NCBI RefSeq assembly: GCF_001194135.2
Contig: NC_068991.1
Coordinates: forward strand, 54,224,809-54,288,808
Reading direction: 5' to 3'
DNA length: 64,000 nucleotides
Source of the DNA: Octopus bimaculoides
Lineage: Eukaryota
In this document: piece after piece, positions 1 to 12,508 of the stretch
How the letters are laid out: each line of letters opens with the position of its first letter
How positions within the stretch are numbered: the first letter of the stretch is position 1
The notes under the pieces: model-generated
What the model saw: the letters and a program-made list of their open reading frames with translations, nothing else
Told to the model about the DNA's origin: nothing
Database searches by the model: none
Translations under genes and position numbers: made by a program

Positions 1-1
1 T

Positions 2-500
2 GTAGATTCTGCTTATATCGGAATATGTGGTGAAAAAATATTTTCCCGAGGATGGGGTGCAGAGTTTCGGAAAATTCACATTACATTCAGAAAAATGGGT
101 AATTTCTTAATTACATTTTCTATAAATGATTTTTAGAGTATGTGGATTACAATTGCAATTATATCTGAACTTAATATGAAAGAAAATATTTGGTGAACTC
201 GTACACATACATACTGACACACGTCACATAGATCTACAATATGAAGCTTGAAATTTCGAAAAAGATTGTGAAGTCAGTATATATGCATGAGTGGTAACTA
301 TTTTTCTTTTCGCATCAAATTCCGATATAATCGCAATTTACACACTGGCAAAAAGTATTTGTAGAAAATTTCATTAAAAATTACCCAGTTTTCTGAAAGC
401 TATGAGAAAACAAAGCCAACCAGTGTGAATATTCCGAAACTCATTTTCCCACCCATAGAAAAATCTTTTTACAACAAATTCCGATATAATCGGAATCTAC
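2..500. mobile_element. MITE-like element with long imperfect inverted arms
   Basis: gtagattc..tatatcggaat..gagtttcggaa.attcaca..tcagaaaa.tgggtaatt (2-125) is the reverse complement of 361-500. It may extend left of the window. Confidence 0.65.
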
Positions 501-745
501 GACATCTGAAGTGTATTTGTAGAAAATTTCATAAAAAAATATCCATTTTCCGGAAGTTATGAGGAAACAAAGGAAAGGGTTAGTACACATCTGTAGGGAT
601 GCTGAACTTTCAATATCTGTTCATTATTCATTACACAGTTAATTATTTTCGCTAATTCATTTGATCATTGATCTATGCAATTGATCATTGATCTACGCAT
701 TTGATCATTAATATACGATTGAATATAAGAGTATACTTAAAGACA

Positions 746-1127
746 GTGGAGGCGCAATGGCCCAGTGGTTAGGGCAGCGGATTCGCGGTCATAGGATCGC
801 GGTTTCGATTCCAAGACCGGGCGTTGTGAGTGTTTATTGAGCGAAAACACCTAAAGCTCCACGAGGCTCCGGCAGGGGATGGTGGCGAACCCTGCTGTAT
901 TCTTTCACCACAACTTTCTCTCACTCTTACTTCCTGTTTCTGTTGTGCCTGTAATTCAAAGGGTCAGCCTTGTCACACTGTGTCCCGCTGAATATCCCCG
1001 AGAACTACGTTAAGGGTACACGTGTCTGTGGAGTGCTCAGCTACTTGCACGTTAATTTCACGTGTAGGCTGTTCCGTTGATCGGATCAACTGGAACCCTC
1101 GACGTCGTAAGCGACGGAGTGCCAACA
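746..1127 (+). mobile_element. tRNA-derived SINE, family A (~380 bp, CAA tail), full length
   Basis: A box TGGCCCAGTGG and B box GTTTCGATTCC. 11-bp TSD acttaaagaca at 735-745 and 1128-1138. Other copies at 23735 and 59054. Confidence 0.9.
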
Positions 1128-1484
1128 ACTTAAAGACAATATGAGTGTGTGTGTGTATGTGTGTGTGTGTCTGTATGTGCATGTTTGTGCACTCGTATGT
1201 ATTCTTGTGCATAAACATGTACATACGTATGTGTGGGTGCGCGCGCGCGTATTTGTGTATGTGCGTGTGTGCATATTTGTGTATGTGCGTGTGTATATAT
1301 GTATAAAATATAAGAAAAAGAAAATGGAATTCCCGAGACACTTCGTTATTCAAAATAAAGGGTCTCGCGAATTACATTTTCTTTCTCTCGTATTCTATAA
1401 AATCTACGGACACGAAGGAATTCTTGAGGTAAACCCAGTGGCATTTACATTCATATTGTCGATGACATCAGGTAACCGAATACG

Positions 1485-1525
<41 letters not shown>

Positions 1526-2000
1526 NNNNNNNNNNNNNNNNNNNNNNNNNNNNNNNNNNNNNNNNNNNNNNNNNNNNNNNNNNNNNNNNNNNNNNNNNNN
1601 NNNNNNNNNNNNNNNNNNNNNNNNNNNNNNNNNNNNNNNNNNNNNNNNNNNNNNNNNNNNNNNNNNNNNNNNNNNNNNNNNNNNNNNNNNNNNNNNNNNN
1701 NNNNNNNNNNNNNNNNNNNNNNNNNNNNNNNNNNNNNNNNNNNNNNNNNNNNNNNNNNNNNNNNNNNNNNNNNNNNNNNNNNNNNNNNNNNNNNNNNNNN
1801 NNNNNNNNNNNNNNNNNNNNNNNNNNNNNNNNNNNNNNNNNNNNNNNNNNNNNNNNNNNNNNNNNNNNNNNNNNNNNNNNNNNNNNNNNNNNNNNNNNNN
1901 NNNNNNNNNNNNNNNNNNNNNNNNNNNNNNNNNNNNNNNNNNNNNNNNNNNNNNNNNNNNNNNNNNNNNNNNNNNNNNNNNNNNNNNNNNNNNNNNNNNN

Positions 2001-2049
<49 letters not shown>

Positions 2050-2480
2050 TAGATGTGACAAGGGCAGGGGTCACCAACAGGGGTCCGAGGGACCCTCTAG
2101 GGGTCGGCGAGGAATTACAGGGGGTCGATGATAACCAAGGGGTCGAATGGGGGTCGATGTGCGAAAGATCAGTTCACCCAGATGAACTGCTTGAAATACT
2201 TAACGCCACGAAAGGTGGGAAAACATGAGGCGTTTTTCACATTTTCTAATTGTGAAAACAATTTCATAAAAATTGTAAGTTTAATACTGTATACTCGTAC
2301 ATGTAGTTTTAAATGTAATAAGTGTGTCATCTTCAATAGAATTTCTTAATTTATCGTGCATGTATATTTTAGCTAACATTTTAATTGGCAGCATCAGTAC
2401 CCGATACGCATTTAAGATATGGTAAAGTAGGGTAGGGTATTCAGATATTTTAAATGAGGAAGGTGTTTGATGCAGAAGAA

Positions 2481-2699
2481 GTGGCTAAAGGGGATTAAAA
2501 AATACCTACATTGCTAGAAATAAGAGCTAAAACTTACAGGGACTATAATTGTCAGAAAAATATCGACCGGTCGGTATTTTTCAGACAACTATGGTCTCTG
2601 TCAATGTATATGTTTTCATTCAGGTGCGTTAACTACAGCATTAGAGCATTTTATCTCTTATTTCTAGCAATGTAGGTGGTTTTTAACACCCTAGTCACA
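2481..2699. mobile_element. Palindromic MITE (nested inverted repeats)
   Basis: acctacattgctagaaataagag (2504-2526) and its reverse complement (2655-2677). An inner palindrome is centred on cgaccggtcg (2564-2573). Confidence 0.65.
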
Positions 2700-2756
2700 T
2701 TTAGTGACAATTATAATTCACCTATTTAGTGAAACATTGCAATCTGTTGTTTACAT

Positions 2757-2940
2757 TTTGGGGCAGGGGACTAGTCGATTACATCGACCCCAGTGTTTCA
2801 CTGGTACTTAATTCATCAACTCCGAAAGAATAAAAGACAAAGTCGACCTCGATGGCATTTGAACTCAGATCATAAAATCGGATGAAATGTCGCTAAGCAT
2901 TTTGCCCGGCGTGCTAACGATTCTGTCTGCTCACCGCCTT
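2757..2940 (-). mobile_element. tRNA-derived SINE, family C
   Basis: Consensus aaggcggcgagctggcagaatcgttagc...gttctgagttcaaattccgccgaggtcgac...ggggtcgat; more than 20 copies in the window. Confidence 0.8.
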
Positions 2941-3049
2941 TGGCTGCCTTAATAATAGTAACAGTAATATCCAGTTTGCATCCTTTTTTTCCACCTCTCG
3001 CCAGACTTGACAAACTTCCAGACAAATGTCCATTGTCGTGTTGACCAAA

Positions 3050-4230
3050 AACTCTCACGTAGCAGTGAGACATAGTTCAAAAGAAATTACAATATGTAGC
3101 TTCTGGTGTTCATAAACCACGACGACTTCAATAAGTAGTTCGTTTTCCTCGCTTAGGTTTATCAGAGGCTGGACTGCATACACGTACCTCGGTTAGAACT
3201 GGAGAGGGCCAATCTGAACAGTTTTGGTTTGAATCTCGATCGACCGCAGCAATAAATATCTTTTAGAGAAGCATAAAATCCTTGGACAAGTTGTCAGCAA
3301 ATATTCGTAAATCAAAGGTAGCTTCAGACACACCGATAGTAATTACCTCATACTTGGCGTACCTTTCTTTGTTTTTCTTTTGAATGGAATGTCTATCTCT
3401 GTTGGCTTCTGCTCTGGTCCTTCTTGGTCATATGGTTCTCGCTGTTGTTTTTGTTCTCGTTGTTGCTGCTACTGCCGTGGATAACTTACATTGTCATCGC
3501 CAGTTGTGTGTTGGAGAAAATAGTTTGGAAACTTCATGAATCACTTCTGACAATGAGGACAGGTTATTTTTTTTATTTTTGCCAATTCGACAGTTATATC
3601 TGATGTTGCCTTATAACCGTCAATCGCCACGATTTATTGTTGTTGTTGGTAGTGGTGGTAGTGCAATTGTTGTTGCTGCTGCTGCAGTTGTTTTTGAAGT
3701 CTTTCTGTGCAATTTAAACCGCCATTTGCTCTTACTGCTACATATTTAGTCACTGAACCATCTGCCTTCGATGCTGAATTTTAAGGCTTTTCCCTCCGCA
3801 TCCATCCTTTAAACCAAAATTTACTCTGGCACTGACTGCATTCCGTTGTGGTGCTACAAAAGTGAACATTATTCAAGGGTTGTTGTTTTCACCGATGTCC
3901 CTGACGGTGATCCATGTCTCCCTACTTCCTAAATATTATTGAACTAATTTACGGGTCAGTGTGTCACGGATAAATTCGGATTGCATTTAAGCCAAATCTC
4001 CTTTTAAAGCTCACACATATGGTGCCACGTGCTCTCCCTTTCCTAATAATGATTTCACCGAAAATATCTGCTAGAGCTGTTTCCAGGGCTTCTTTCGATG
4101 GAATGCAAAAAGGCCCCGTGGCCTTAGCAAAACAGAAGTAAGTTACTCTTCTCCTCTCGCTCCTCTCTCAAATAAGCTGTGATAGGCTGCACCTGTCTGG
4201 GGCACAAAATCACATCTGGCTTTAGTTCTT
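3050..4230 (-). mobile_element. Degraded retroelement ORF1/gag-like relic
   Basis: Broken - strand frames with Gln/Glu-rich low complexity (QQQREQKQQREPYDQEGPEQKPTEIDIPFKRK) and many stops. Family not determined. Confidence 0.3.
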
Positions 4231-4453
4231 TCAGAAAAATGTACAATATCGAGTTGTTTGCTCGAAGGAACGTTTGCCAAAGATAACGTTTCCTTACTCA
4301 TATTTACATTTGACATAGTATATGTTTGTGTACTGTTGTTGTTGTTGTTGCCGTCGTAGGTGGTGGTGGTGTTGCAGCTACAAAAGCAGCAGCAGCAGCA
4401 GCAGCAACTACAACAACAGCAACAATAACAACAACAACAACAACAACAGCAAT

Positions 4454-4658
4454 GGTTTCAAATTTTGGCACAATGCCAGTACATTCAGGGAAAGGGCTAG
4501 TCGATTAAATCAATCTCAGTGCTCAACTGGTACTTATTTTATCGACCTCAAAAAGATGAAAGGCAGATTCATCAGATTCGGCGGAATTTGAACTCGGAAC
4601 GTAAATGTTGTTAAGAATTTTGCCCGTCATGCTAACAATTCTGCCAGTTCATCACCTT
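4454..4658 (-). mobile_element. SINE family C next to a (CAG/CAA)n microsatellite (4330-4450)
   Basis: Family C consensus. Confidence 0.8.
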
Positions 4659-4758
4659 TTCCTCCTCCTCCTTCTACTAATACTAATTCAAATTATGATG
4701 AACGTAAACAAACAAACGAAGTTTGCTTTAGAAGCGTTGAGATGTCTTAGAAAGTTAA

Positions 4759-5092
4759 AGAAGTGATTTTAAATTCTCAAACGCAGGAAAATGCCAATAA
4801 TATAGCCTGAACAGGTTAAGCTACTCCTATTTTGCAGAAAAAAGTGTTGGCGGCCAGCTATGAGACTCGAACCCACACCTCTGTGATTACGCGTCGCGGT
4901 GCTCTCTTTACCATTAAGGTAAACTGCTCTCATCACAAATTCTTCTGCAAATTTAAGTTGTATAGAAATCTCGCTTTATGAGACGCTATCATACATCAAA
5001 TTCAACACTTTTTCTGCAAAATAGGGGTAGCTTATCCTGTTCAGGCTATATTATTAGCATTATCCTGCGTTTGAGAATTTAAAATCACTTCT
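4759..5092. mobile_element. MITE-like element with ~90-bp inverted arms around a tRNA-like core
   Basis: Arms 4759-4849 and 5003-5092 are near-perfect reverse complements. The core at about 4850-4930 (- strand) has A/B-box-like TACCTTAATGGT and GGTTCGAGTC. Confidence 0.7.
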
Positions 5093-5893
5093 GAAACTTG
5101 CGGTGAGCGTGCGCAGTCGATTACATCGACCCCAGTGCTCAACTAGCACTTGTTTTATCGAGCCCGAAAGGGTCATTCTAAATGGTGGCACACCAGCGCA
5201 CAGGAGGTAACGCAAGGATACTTTCAGGTCTGTGCATTTAAAAACCACACGCCCACGCATGCACGCACACGCATGCACGCACACATTCACACATAGACAC
5301 ATGCATACATGCACACACGTACATCATTATGAGAAAAAAACAGAGGGAGTATGTGTGCGTGTGCGTGTGTGTATGCGCGGCAGGTGGACGTACTTTTTAC
5401 AAGATATTCGTCAACCCTAACCTATAGTAGAAGATATTTTGTTCGAGGTACTAAACAATGAGATCGAACATACAATCTCATCGTTTCGAAGCGAACTTCT
5501 TAAGTGTACATCAATACTTGCATCTATAGGCGTTCTTGCTTGTTGTTTTCAGATTTTTAGCCACATATAGAGGAAGTTTTCGGTTGTTAATTGTGTGGAT
5601 AATTTCAGTTGATCGGAGTTGTTCAAGTCATTATATAACATTATTCAACATATCCATCGCCTATTAAAAAAAAAAAAATTATTGAGTATAATTTGAGAGA
5701 CGTCTGGGTTTGGCTGCTATTTCTAGCAGCCCACTTCGAATCCCTTCACTATCTCGTTTGTGTGACTTCGTCACTATACTGAAAGGAATTCTGAAAGACT
5801 TTCGAGGAGTAAAAATGTTTTCTTTATAATTAAACCTCTTCAAATTTGACGGTTGTTTGGAGAAATTCTTTTCCCCAACATAGCTAAAATATT

Positions 5894-6643
5894 GGTTTCA
5901 AATTTTGGCACAAGCCCAGCAAGTTCGGGAGATGGGGGTAAGTCGATTATATCGATCCCAGTGCGCAATTGGTACTTATTTTATCGATCCCGAAAATATC
6001 AAAGCAAAGTCGACTTCGGTGGAATTTGACTCAGAACATAAAAACTGACGAAATACCGCTCTGCCAACTCGCCATCTTAAACATAGACAAAATATTCTTT
6101 TCTACTCTAGGTACAAGGCCCGAAATTTTTGGGGAGGGAGGTCAGTCGATTAGATCAACCCCAGTATGCCTCTGGTGCTTAATTTATCGACCCTGAAAGT
6201 ATGAAAGACAAAGTCGACCTCGGCGGAATTTGAACTGAGAAAGTAAAGACAAATAAAATACAGCTAAGCATTTCGCCCTGGGGGCTAACTTTTCTTATTT
6301 CTTTACTGCCCACAAGGGGCTACACACAGAGGGGACAAACAAGGACAGACAAAGGGATTAAGTCGATTGCATCGACCCCTAGTACTTAATTTATCAAAAA
6401 GGCAAAGTCGACCTCGGCGAAATTAGAACTCAGAACGTAACGGCAGACGAAATACCGCTAAGTATTTCGCCCGGCGGGATAACGTTTCTTATTTCTTTAT
6501 TGCCCACAAGGGGCTAAACATAGAGGGGACAAACAAGGACCGACAAAGGGATTAAGTCGATTACATCGACCCCAGTGCGTAACTGGTACTTAATTTATCA
6601 AAAAGGCAAAGTCGACCTCGGCGAAATTAGAACTCAGAACGTA
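5894..6643 (-). mobile_element. Run of four family C SINEs (~5894-6077, 6097-6290, 6300-6487, 6490-6643)
   Basis: Repeated family C consensus with two tail variants. The last copy runs into a gap. Confidence 0.8.
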
Positions 6644-6915
6644 NNNNNNNNNNNNNNNNNNNNNNNNNNNNNNNNNNNNNNNNNNNNNNNNNNNNNNNNN
6701 NNNNNNNNNNNNNNNNNNNNNNNNNNNNNNNNNNNNNNNNNNNNNNNNNNNNNNNNNNNNNNNNNNNNNNNNNNNNNNNNNNNNNNNNNNNNNNNNNNNN
6801 NNNNNNNNNNNNNNNNNNNNNNNNNNNNNNNNNNNNNNNNNNNNNNNNNCTATAACAAATAAATATGTCAAAAAGCAATATAGTAGTATTTTGCTTTCAT
6901 GATATCACTAAAAAA

Positions 6916-7350
6916 AGGCGGCGAGAGAGTCGTTAGCATGTCGGGAAAAATGCTTAGCGGCATTTCGTCCACTTTTACATTCTGAGTTCAAATTCCGCCG
7001 AGGTCGACTTTACCTTTCGTCCTTTCGGGGTCGATAAATTAAGTACCAATCAAGCAGTAGGATCGATGTAATCGACTAGCTCCCTTCCCCAAAATTTCAC
7101 ACATTTTGCCTATAGTTGAAAAGATCTTAATATATCACTAAGGCGGCAAGAATCGTTAGCGCGTCGGACAAAATGCTTAGCGGTTTTCATCCGACTCTTT
7201 GCGTTCTGGGTAAAAATTCTGCCGAAATCGACTTTGCCTTTCCTCCTTCCAGGGGTGGGGGTCGATAAAATAAGCACCAGTTGAGTACTGGGGTTGATGT
7301 AATCTAATGGTCCTTTCCCACCAATTTCCGGCCTTGTGCCTGTTGGAGAA
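6916..7350 (+). mobile_element. Two tandem family C SINEs (~6916-7118, 7141-7350)
   Basis: Family C consensus, in opposite orientation to the 5894-6643 run. Confidence 0.8.
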
Positions 7351-7599
7351 AGAACTATTAAATATATTCTCTACAAAAGGACAGCGCCGCTTGCTACGTT
7401 GATATTTGTATTACAAAGAAGTAACAGACAAATCTCCCTCGAATCACTAATCACCGTTTTGGAGAAGGAGAGACGTATTGGATTATGTAGTCCTAGGTAT
7501 ACAAAAAGACAAAATTGTCACGGAGAGGATGCTTTCGCAGGTTCATTCGATCAGGATTGACTTTGGAGCAGGGTGGTAAACAACTGAATAAGAATCTAC

Positions 7600-7635
<36 letters not shown>

Positions 7636-8748
7636 NNNNNNNNNNNNNNNNNNNNNNNNNNNNNNNNNNNNNNNNNNNNNNNNNNNNNNNNNNNNNNNNN
7701 NNNNNNNNNNNNNNNNNNNNNNNNNNNNNNNNNNNNNNNNNNNNNNNNNNNNNNNNNNNNNNNNNNNNNNNNNNNNNNNNNNNNNNNNNNNNNNNNNNNN
7801 NNNNNNNNNNNNNNNNNNNNNNNNNNNNNNNNNNNNNNNNNNNNNNNNNNNNNNNNNNNNNNNNNNNNNNNNNNNNNNNNNNNNNNNNNNNNNNNNNNNN
7901 NNNNNNNNNNNNNNNNNNNNNNNNNNNNNNNNNNNNNNNNNNNNNNNNNNNNNNNNNNNNNNNNNNNNNNNNNNNNNNNNNNNNNNNNNNNNNNNNNNNN
8001 NNNNNNNNNNNNNNNNNNNNNNNNNNNNNNNNNNNNNNNNNNNNNNNNNNNNNNNNNNNNNNNNNNNNNNNNNNNNNNNNNNNNNNNNNNNNNNNNNNNN
8101 NNNNNNNNNNNNNNNNNNNNNNNNNNNNNNNNNNNNNNNNNNNNNNNNNNNNNNNNNNNNNNNNNNNNNNNNNNNNNNNNNNNNNNNNNNNNNNNNNNNN
8201 NNNNNNNTATATATATATATATATGCATATATGAAATAAATGAATAAATAAAGAAAATAATGTAAAACAATGCAATTAGAGTAGACATGTGTTCAGATTA
8301 GCGGAGTTTACTTGCAAAGCTTCTTACGTCATATAGAGAAATCTATCTGGTACGAATATTTTAGTCAACCCCAATATAGAACCAAGCCTAGTAATTTTTA
8401 ATGATTAGTATACATTAAGTATTATCAATAATCGGCTTTTTAATCTTTATTTTCAAATAATTTACCTACTTTTCAAGAGCGAATCTCCACCGTATTTTGT
8501 CACGCTATACAAAATAAATAATTGCCTTAATATAAGTAGATTCATTTACAATACGTATAAAGGAGTTCTATGATAATAATAGTAATAATATAGGTTTATG
8601 GTGTTTATCTAGAATAATTGACGTGTAATAGCTTAGAGATTCTCAATCAATACTGAAAAACAGTTCCTAAAATCATTTCAGATATATTTTTATTAGCAGA
8701 GGTACCTGGTGCTTTTAGTTTAAAGAGCTAAAAGATTTCTGTTTGAAA

Positions 8749-9024
8749 ATGGCAGATTCGGTTTCTCTGACAGTTCCTGAAGCCCCACGGAGAAAATCTT
8801 CCTCGCCACCAAAACCTGCTGGTGGTGGAGATAACAAACCAATTTCTCCGGTTCAGATTTTGACATTTAAAATGTTTATGGTTGTCACTTATCTCAGTAT
8901 CGGTTTTGGACTTGCATTCTTTCTTGGCATCTATTACGTTTTTCTGTGGGAACCAATACGAGGAAATTATAGCCAACACCATGTATATATCGGACATTCT
9001 TCAGCGGTATTCCACCCTCAATGA
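8749..9024 (+). CDS. inaF: InaF-motif (TRP-interacting helix) single-pass membrane microprotein, copy 1 (91 aa)
   Basis: ATG in aaaATGG context. Protein MADSVS...TFKMFMVVTYLSIGFGLAFFLGIYYVFLWEPIRGNYSQHHVYIG. The K-x6-Y-x10-L-x2-YY-x3-W spacing matches the InaF motif as I recall it from Drosophila InaF-B and vertebrate INAFM1/2. The C-terminal FLWxPxRGNYSxHHxYI is shared with copies 2 and 3. Family-level call only. Confidence 0.82.
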   Translation: MADSVSLTVPEAPRRKSSSPPKPAGGGDNKPISPVQILTFKMFMVVTYLSIGFGLAFFLGIYYVFLWEPIRGNYSQHHVYIGHSSAVFHPQ

Positions 9025-9060
9025 AAGAAACATAAAATCAAAGAGATTTAGACGCTAAGA

Positions 9061-9069
9061 AAGGTTCGT
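9061..9069 (+). promoter_or_regulatory. Candidate 5' splice donor AAG|GTTCGT, 39 nt after the stop of InaF copy 1
   Basis: Weaker donor match, at a position analogous to copies 2 and 3. Confidence 0.35.
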
Positions 9070-9199
9070 TGTTTTTGAGTAATCTTTACATTAACTTTTA
9101 AATTTAAGTTACATGCTTAGAACCACTCACACACCCACGTTATAAATATGTAAACTTGTGTATGTGCTATGTATGTATGTATGTATGTATGTATGTATG

Positions 9200-9440
9200 T
9201 ATGTCGTTATTCAGTTTTATTTCAAGATTTCATGCCAATAGAGAAAGAGCCGGTTTCTAACCGAGATCCAAGGCTTCTTCATTGGAATTTCAACATCAAC
9301 CGGGTATTTTTGTAGGTGTGTATGTGTAGGGTTGTATATTTTGTTTTATGTATTCTCATGCAGGTAGTTGCATGTCTAAATATGCTCATATACACTTAAA
9401 TGATAAACTTCTGGAAAGTTTTACTGATTTTTACAGTTCC
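9200..9440 (+). repeat. Interspersed repeat associated with (GTAT)n (copies at 31773-31975 minus and 56285-56400 plus)
   Basis: Shared ttattcagtt.tatttcaagattt..tgccaatagagaaagagccggtttctaa...ggaatttcaacatcaac. Confidence 0.75.
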
Positions 9441-9477
9441 ACTACGTACGTACGTACGTACGTACGTACGTACATAC

Positions 9478-9508
<31 letters not shown>

Positions 9509-9599
9509 TGTATGTATGTATGTATGTATGTGATAAATATTCACAATACGAACAGTTTTTACTCCAAAGATTCATGACACTTTTTCAATTTATATTTTT

Positions 9600-10440
9600 T
9601 TAAATAGTTAATATCTTTTAAGAAAATCTTTCCTTCAATACTGTGAAATATTTTTTTGCAAAAACTTTTACATATATGATAATTTTCATGTACCAATAAA
9701 TGTCAATTTTGTCCCATTCATGTTTTACAACTTCCCAAAATTGATCAGAGTTTGTCAGTTTACTTCCTACAAGTTTGTCCCCTGTACAACTCCAACTATT
9801 GTCTACAGGATTCAAATCCAGTCTCTGTTCTGACTAAAATATAATTAACAGGCAGTTTTTCTTCAGCTATTTTTGTCTTTGTTCCGTTATTGTTTAGACA
9901 AAAATACCTGCTTATTGAAATATGATTTCATTGGTACTCTTTTCTCCAGGAAATAATGTTGCAGCCTAGCTTGAAAAAGTAGTCCTCTCTCTAAAAGTTT
10001 TATAAATTCCAAGGCAGTAATTAATTTTTCACCAAGAACTGCAGATGGAAATGCACACCATACCAAGATTCCAAATTTTCTATGCTTCATAGTCATTGAA
10101 ATACAATTAGCATAGAATATCAAACAAGGCAATGTTCACTAAAAGACAGCATTCACAACAATCTTGGTTTATTGCTCCAGAAGACTCTGTAAAGCATTCC
10201 TGAATTTCAGTTACCATTCCTGGTAAAAAAATATGCCACTTTTCTTTAAATTTTCTGGATTAACAGAGACGACGTAGCAAATAATCTACAGATAATATCT
10301 ACATCTTTCAACTGTTTTACAATTATCTTTCTGGAGGCAGTTATATTTCCAGCAGTTTCCTCTGAAAAACTAAGGCTTTCTGTCCCTATAGACTCATGTA
10401 GTTCCAACCTTGTCTAAATACTGTAATCCCTACAACAGAG
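9600..10440 (-). pseudogene. Tc1-like transposase relic
   Basis: Decayed motifs KHRKFGILVWCAF (~KHGGGSVMVWGAF) and NPVDNSW...KL...NSDQFWEVVKHEWDKI (~LNPIENLW...EW.KI), with stops and frameshifts. Confidence 0.65.
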
Positions 10441-10459
10441 CTAATTTCCTGGAAATATA

Positions 10460-10895
10460 GGTGCAGGTGTGACTGTGTGCTTAGAAGTTTGCTTCCCAAC
10501 TACATACTATTCAGTCGTACTGCATATAACCTTGGGCAAAAGTCTTCTATTATAGCCTCAAGTTGACCAAAACCTTGTGAGTGGATTTAGTAGACGGAAA
10601 GTAAAAGAAACCTATGGTATATACACACACACACACACACATATGATGTGTGTACGTTCGTGTGTATGTGTCTTTGTGCATATGTTTGTCCCTCACCATC
10701 ACTTGACAATCGGTTTTAGAGTATTTATAAGTCCCCGTAACTTAGCGTTTCGGCAAAGAAACCGATAGAATAAGTACCAGCTTCTACAACAAATAATAAG
10801 TTCTGGGGTCGATAAGTTCGATTTAAAATTCTTCAAGGTGGCACCCTAGAATGGCTGCAGTCTACTGACTGAAACAAGTGAAAGATAAAAGATAA
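10460..10895 (+). mobile_element. tRNA-derived SINE, family B (internal CA/GT microsatellite)
   Basis: Head gtg.ctgtgtg.t.agaag, body ccttgtgagtggattt.gtagacgga, tail ccccgtaacttagc..ttcggcaa...gactgaaacaagt. Confidence 0.8.
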
Positions 10896-11323
10896 AGAGA
10901 AACCCATACTTTTTATATTAAGTAGAGAAATATGTATTTTGTTCCTCGTTAGCTTGTGCAGGGAGCCCACTAAATATGTTGTGAGTGCTTCAGAAAGAAT
11001 TGTAATTGGATTCTTATTATCCACACCAACATGCAATATCGTTTTCTTTAATATATCTAACACAAACGGGAGATCTGCCTTTATTTAAATAGTTAAGCTA
11101 TAATTAGAGCTATTTATACACAAATTTTGATGTAAACACAAAAATAACAACAACAAAAAATCTTGTTTACTTCAATTTAAAAGAAACCTGAAAGTAAACT
11201 TAATAATATTTAACCCTTTGCCTGTCCAAATCATTTTTATAACTTTTTCCGAGATGTCCAGGTTTGTTTCCAAATTTTAGTTAATCTTTGTTTTATATAT
11301 ATATATATATATATAGGAGACTG

Positions 11324-11816
11324 TCAGAAGGATGTAAACGCCTTTGATGAGAACTCAATAAGGTTCGAAATTCGATTAAGGTTGTCGTTTGTCCAAAGTA
11401 TGTGCTCATTGGCAAAGACTAACCTCGTTTTCCAGTTTTTCACACTGATGAGAGGTTTAATGGCAGGAGAATGAGCATAAAGTCTAACTTTCTTCAAATG
11501 ACAAGCCACAGTCTTCCGAGAGATATTCATCCCGTAATCACGATTTACTTGGCGAGAAAAACCTGCTACAGTATCCAAACGGTCTCTTAATAACAGCCGC
11601 TGAATCACAGGGTCTTGCCAAACACTTGTCTTCCATGGTCTCTTTCGTTTTTCTAATGACACAAACGAACTTGTTCCCTCACAAAGCTTGAGTATTCATA
11701 AAACAATACTCTTTGATCTGTTAATGTCTCTGGCTAGCAGAAATTGCCATTCCTTCTTCTTTCAATCTGACCGCTCGCTTTCTGAGACTTTCATCAACTT
11801 TACGTCGGCTTTCCAT
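11324..11816 (-). pseudogene. Tc1-like transposase N-terminal half (HTH), frameshifted
   Basis: MESRRKVDESLRKRAVRLKEEG... then KRKRPWKT...RLLLRDR...ISRKTVACHLKKVRLYAHSPAIKPLISVKNWKTRLVFANEHILW. Confidence 0.8.
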
Positions 11817-12071
11817 GGTTGTTAATTCCCTACTGTTTAATATAAATCTTTGCACTGTTAGGTCAACTTAGTTTACATTGATCGGAGTGTTGCCAGATTT
11901 TACTTTTTGAATTTTACACCATACGTTCTCTAATTTTGTCCATCTTGTATAATTATAAACAGGGCAAATTTTTAGCCATTTCTCCGTAGACTAAAAAAAA
12001 CGACAAGCAACCTTAATCGAATTTAGAACCTTATTGAGTTCTCATCAAAGGCGTTTACATCCTTCTGACAG

Positions 12072-12104
<33 letters not shown>

Positions 12105-12508
12105 NNNNNNNNNNNNNNNNNNNNNNNNNNNNNNNNNNNNNNNNNNNNNNNNNNNNNNNNNNNNNNNNNNNNNNNNNNNNNNNNNNNNNNNNNNNNNNNN
12201 NNNNNNNNNNNNNNNNNNNNNNNNNNNNNNNNNNNNNNNNNNNNNNNNNNNNNNNNNNNNNNNNNNNNNNNNNNNNNNNNNNNNNNNNNNNNNNNNNNNN
12301 NNNNNNNNNNNNNNNNNNNNNNNNNNNNNNNNNNNNNNNNNNNNNNNNNNNNNNNNNNNNNNNNNNNNNNNNNNNNNNNNNNNNNNNNNNNNNNNNNNNN
12401 NNNNNNNNNNNNNNNNNNNNNNNNNNNNNNNNNNNNNNNNNNNNNNNNNNNNNNNNNNNNNNNNNNNNNNATATATATATATATATATATATATATAGGT
12501 ATGTATGT

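Noticed and set aside
746-830. tRNA genes at SINE heads (also 14860, 23735, 28497, 59054)
   Set aside because: A/B boxes continue into SINE bodies with TSDs; no complete cloverleaf with a proper acceptor stem.
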